Part shown: one piece after another, positions 61,014 to 64,000 of the stretch | Numbering within the stretch: position 1 is the first letter of the stretch | Layout of the letters: every line of letters begins with the position of its first letter | Assembly (NCBI GenBank): GCA_965655095.1 | Contig: OZ296659.1 | Location: forward strand, 73,346,001 to 73,410,000 | Direction of reading: 5' to 3' | Length of the DNA stretch: 64,000 nucleotides | From: Haplodiscus bocki | Taxonomy: Eukaryota | Program-made: the position numbers and the translations under genes | The notes under the pieces: model-generated | Databases searched by the model: none | What the model was told of the DNA's origin: nothing | The model's input: the letters and a program-made list of their open reading frames with translations, nothing else

Positions 61014-62399
61014 CCAATCCCTACCAATATGCAGAAGTTCAGACCTCTAATGAAGTATTGTAAAGTTATCACGTCAAACAAACCAATAAGCAGTGTGGCA
61101 TAAACACTTAGGTCTGCAATTTCAGCTTCCGAGACACCAGACCCGAGGGGCGTTCAAACCACTTGTATTGCACTGGTATTTTGATTCTGTAGCGCCATCA
61201 GATTTTTGAGAAAACGTTATAATGAAGAAAAATATGCGAGTGGAATAATTCCTGAAACATTGAAAAAAATTGTCAATAAATCCAGGTTCGCACACAAGAA
61301 CGTCAAATGTCCCTATGTACACACACCAGAAATCGGAAAAAAACTATTGGCGGTGCAGAAATTCTTTCACTACAAAGTGGTATTTTGTGAGAAACTTCAT
61401 ATTAATTCTCACACACGCGTTGAGACTATTGAATTAAGTTTCTCGCAAATGCAAACAAATTTTCCATCCGTGTTATTGTGTCCAAATACACAGAGCGAAA
61501 AAAAGGTCCTTTTTCATTCACGAAGACTACCAATTTTTCTCACGAAGACTACCATTTTTTCCCTTGTTTCTGTCAGCACATTCCTAATTGACAATTTCCG
61601 CAGATGAAGTTGTTGAAGTCAACATGAACATTACCTGCCTTACGAAAACTAAGTAGCCATACAAAACTTGAGGAACTCAAAATTTGTGAACTGGTGCTAT
61701 CATTGGTTGAAAATATATGAGTCCGCTGGCAGCTACACCACACGTGGACGATGAATTGCAAAGCTTTCAATTGGTCTATCGATTTTTGAACCCTAACATT
61801 TTCGGTTGTTTTGCATTTTGTATTTAGGAGACAGCAGAGACACAGTGGGTATTCGGAAAAGGACATATGACCTGGAGTTTGTGCACACAGCACCACTTTC
61901 TAGCGTACAGCACCAATTTTCAGAAAACTATCCACAAACCAATCATGAAAAACTTTACTACGGATTCACAGAAACAATGGGGCTGGACAGCAACTGCAAA
62001 CTCGAACTGCTTGCCATTAGTAGTTTGCGTTCCTGGAAAGAAATTTTCATACCCACAAAAAGTTGTCTAGATATAGGAGTTCAAAGCAGCTTCACTTGAG
62101 TGCGTTCAACTGTTCGATTCTACGAGTAAAAATGACTGCATTTGGAAAAAAAAATGGAAAAATGCGAACAAATTGCAACAGCTCAAACGAAATGGCTGCC
62201 AAATTGTACCAACTTCAGCAACCCTAGGATTGTGCCAGTCTTCCCAAGCATTTCATCGACATTTGTTGCTGTTTGTCTAAGTTTTGAATTGAAAGAAGGT
62301 TTGTGAGTGAAGGAACTCTGAGGCGAGTGCGGAGAGAAGACAAAACCAAATGAGAATAAACTTCAACCAATCAATAAAAGGTTGAAGATGTTTCCATTC

Positions 62400-64000
62400 A
62401 TTCATGAAAAAACTACAAGGTAAGTCAATAGACTTCTTTCATATCAAACGAGTTTCCCCAATTGACTGGGTTTTTAGCTAATTTTTCTCATTCACCGGAA
62501 AGAGGTACTAACTGGCGAAAAAAATCTCTATCGACAAGCAATAGAGAAAAAAACAAACTCTTCAACTGTACGCAGCAGGTCCAATGACTGCCGAGTCTTG
62601 TTTTGGACTGCGCAGAAAAAAGGGCAAAATTGAGTATTCGCTGACGTTTCTCTAGAAATTTCAAGCTCCAAAAATTTTGGCTTCTAGCCAATTCTAATGT
62701 CATCAGAAATTTCAGTTGTTAGTGCCGAAGCACAAGTTCAGCCATCAGGCTCCAACACAGAAACAGCAAACTTGAATGCATCACAGATGGTTATACTACG
62801 AAACAAAGGAAAGCAAATCAAATTAATTATTTGAGAAGATAAACGAGACGCTGAGAGCTTTTGCTCTTTGCAAAAAAAGCACTAGAAAAGCTTGATCTAT
62901 AACACACTGATTCGAGCCTACGCTAGATGGATCAACTACGTCTATCTTCGAGCAAAATCACAAAAAACGCAGGTTTCCGTTGCATTTCAGAAGAAAAAGT
63001 CGGACAAATCAATGACTCTTTTACAAAAGCAACCTAACAATAAAAGTTTTCACTAGTTAAACCAATCTTGTTGAATCATTTTTTGTTATAACGCAATAAC
63101 GACCTTCTTGAGCTTTTATTGTGTCTTCAAAGTCAAGAAGGGCCAAACCGAGCTCAGAAAAGTCAGTTTTTCATCATTCAGGAAAAAGGTTACTCAATAA
63201 CAAACTGTTTCCTCCCTGGAGAAAGATAGTCTCAAAAGAGAGCTACTTGTCTTCAAACAAGAACTTAGTGTGTTGACTAAACTGCACACGTAAACCCTGA
63301 GACACTTGAAGTTGCAAAGCTTCAAACAACAAAAGCAACCAAGAGGAACGAAGTTGTGCGCGTTGACTTTTATTTTGTCCAGGAAGAGCAGAACGATTTG
63401 AGACCAATAGTAGTGATACAGTTGGAACTCCGAACAAACTCGAAAGCAACGCTATGAGGAAAAAATTTGGAATCAATCAATAGAACATCTCAATTCAAAT
63501 GACTTCGTTGATTCAAAACAACAGGCAAACACGAACGAAAATTTTCGAGTACTGACTTCAACAGCGTAACATAAATGTACAATCGATCCACAAAAAGCTG
63601 AGTTGGTATTAGGAAGGAACAATTTTGAATCATAGCAAAAAAACAACTCGTGCCTTGCTTTTATACTCACCCTTGTCCCTCAACAAGCAGCTACTCACTC
63701 AATTAGAAAGGAGGACGACTAATTTTTGCGAAAAATACACAAGTTGCAAGCAAAAAACCTAGCGAAAGTGCACTGAACAATTTCCGGTCACTGTAAGTCA
63801 GTTGAAACATTATAACAAAAACGAGAGTTGTTGCCCAGCAAAATTAGTCTCCTAAGCTGCTTTTGAATGCTGTTGTCTGTGATAGGTGCACTTTTGGTGC
63901 AAACGAGATTGAAAACAAATCGTGGGCCTCCTCTGAAGTGTCATTGTTCCTCAGATCTTTCGCAAAAAGCGACGGAGTCGAAAACTTTTAACTTCTCGTG
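62400..64000 (-). pseudogene. Possible very degenerate LINE RT fragment
   Basis: Weak ordered resemblances only (QVSQG cf. GVPQG at ~63290-63310). Confidence 0.2.

Noticed and set aside
59600-62400. Short ORFs downstream of XPB as host exons
   Set aside because: No recognisable domains, coherent splice pattern or coding-like composition.

Overview
AT-rich eukaryotic (metazoan-like) scaffold with three N-gaps (19309-19546, 23695-23894, 47415-47724). The only intact host gene is XPB/ERCC3 (TFIIH helicase; two coding exons, 56313-59006). About 55 kb upstream of it is decayed mobile DNA. It holds a MULE transposase, a CRE-like RLE non-LTR retrotransposon, several faint LINE/Gypsy relics and a Gypsy element with a 1.8-kb LTR. 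It also holds two different, adjacent Polinton/Maverick (polintovirus/adintovirus-like) endogenous viruses. Element A (~23895-38480) carries protease, two tandem penton-like genes, A32 ATPase, major capsid, rve integrase and pPolB, and ends in a terminal hairpin. Element B (~38481-54672) carries a PLA2-like ORF, ATPase, integrase, penton, major capsid and a C2H2-finger-headed pPolB. A TG...CA solo LTR with a 5-bp TSD sits in the end of element A's PolB. This LTR contains ~150 codons of the gag ORF and duplicated PBS-like units. All family calls come from motifs recognised by eye, not from database searches; boundaries of degraded genes are approximate.
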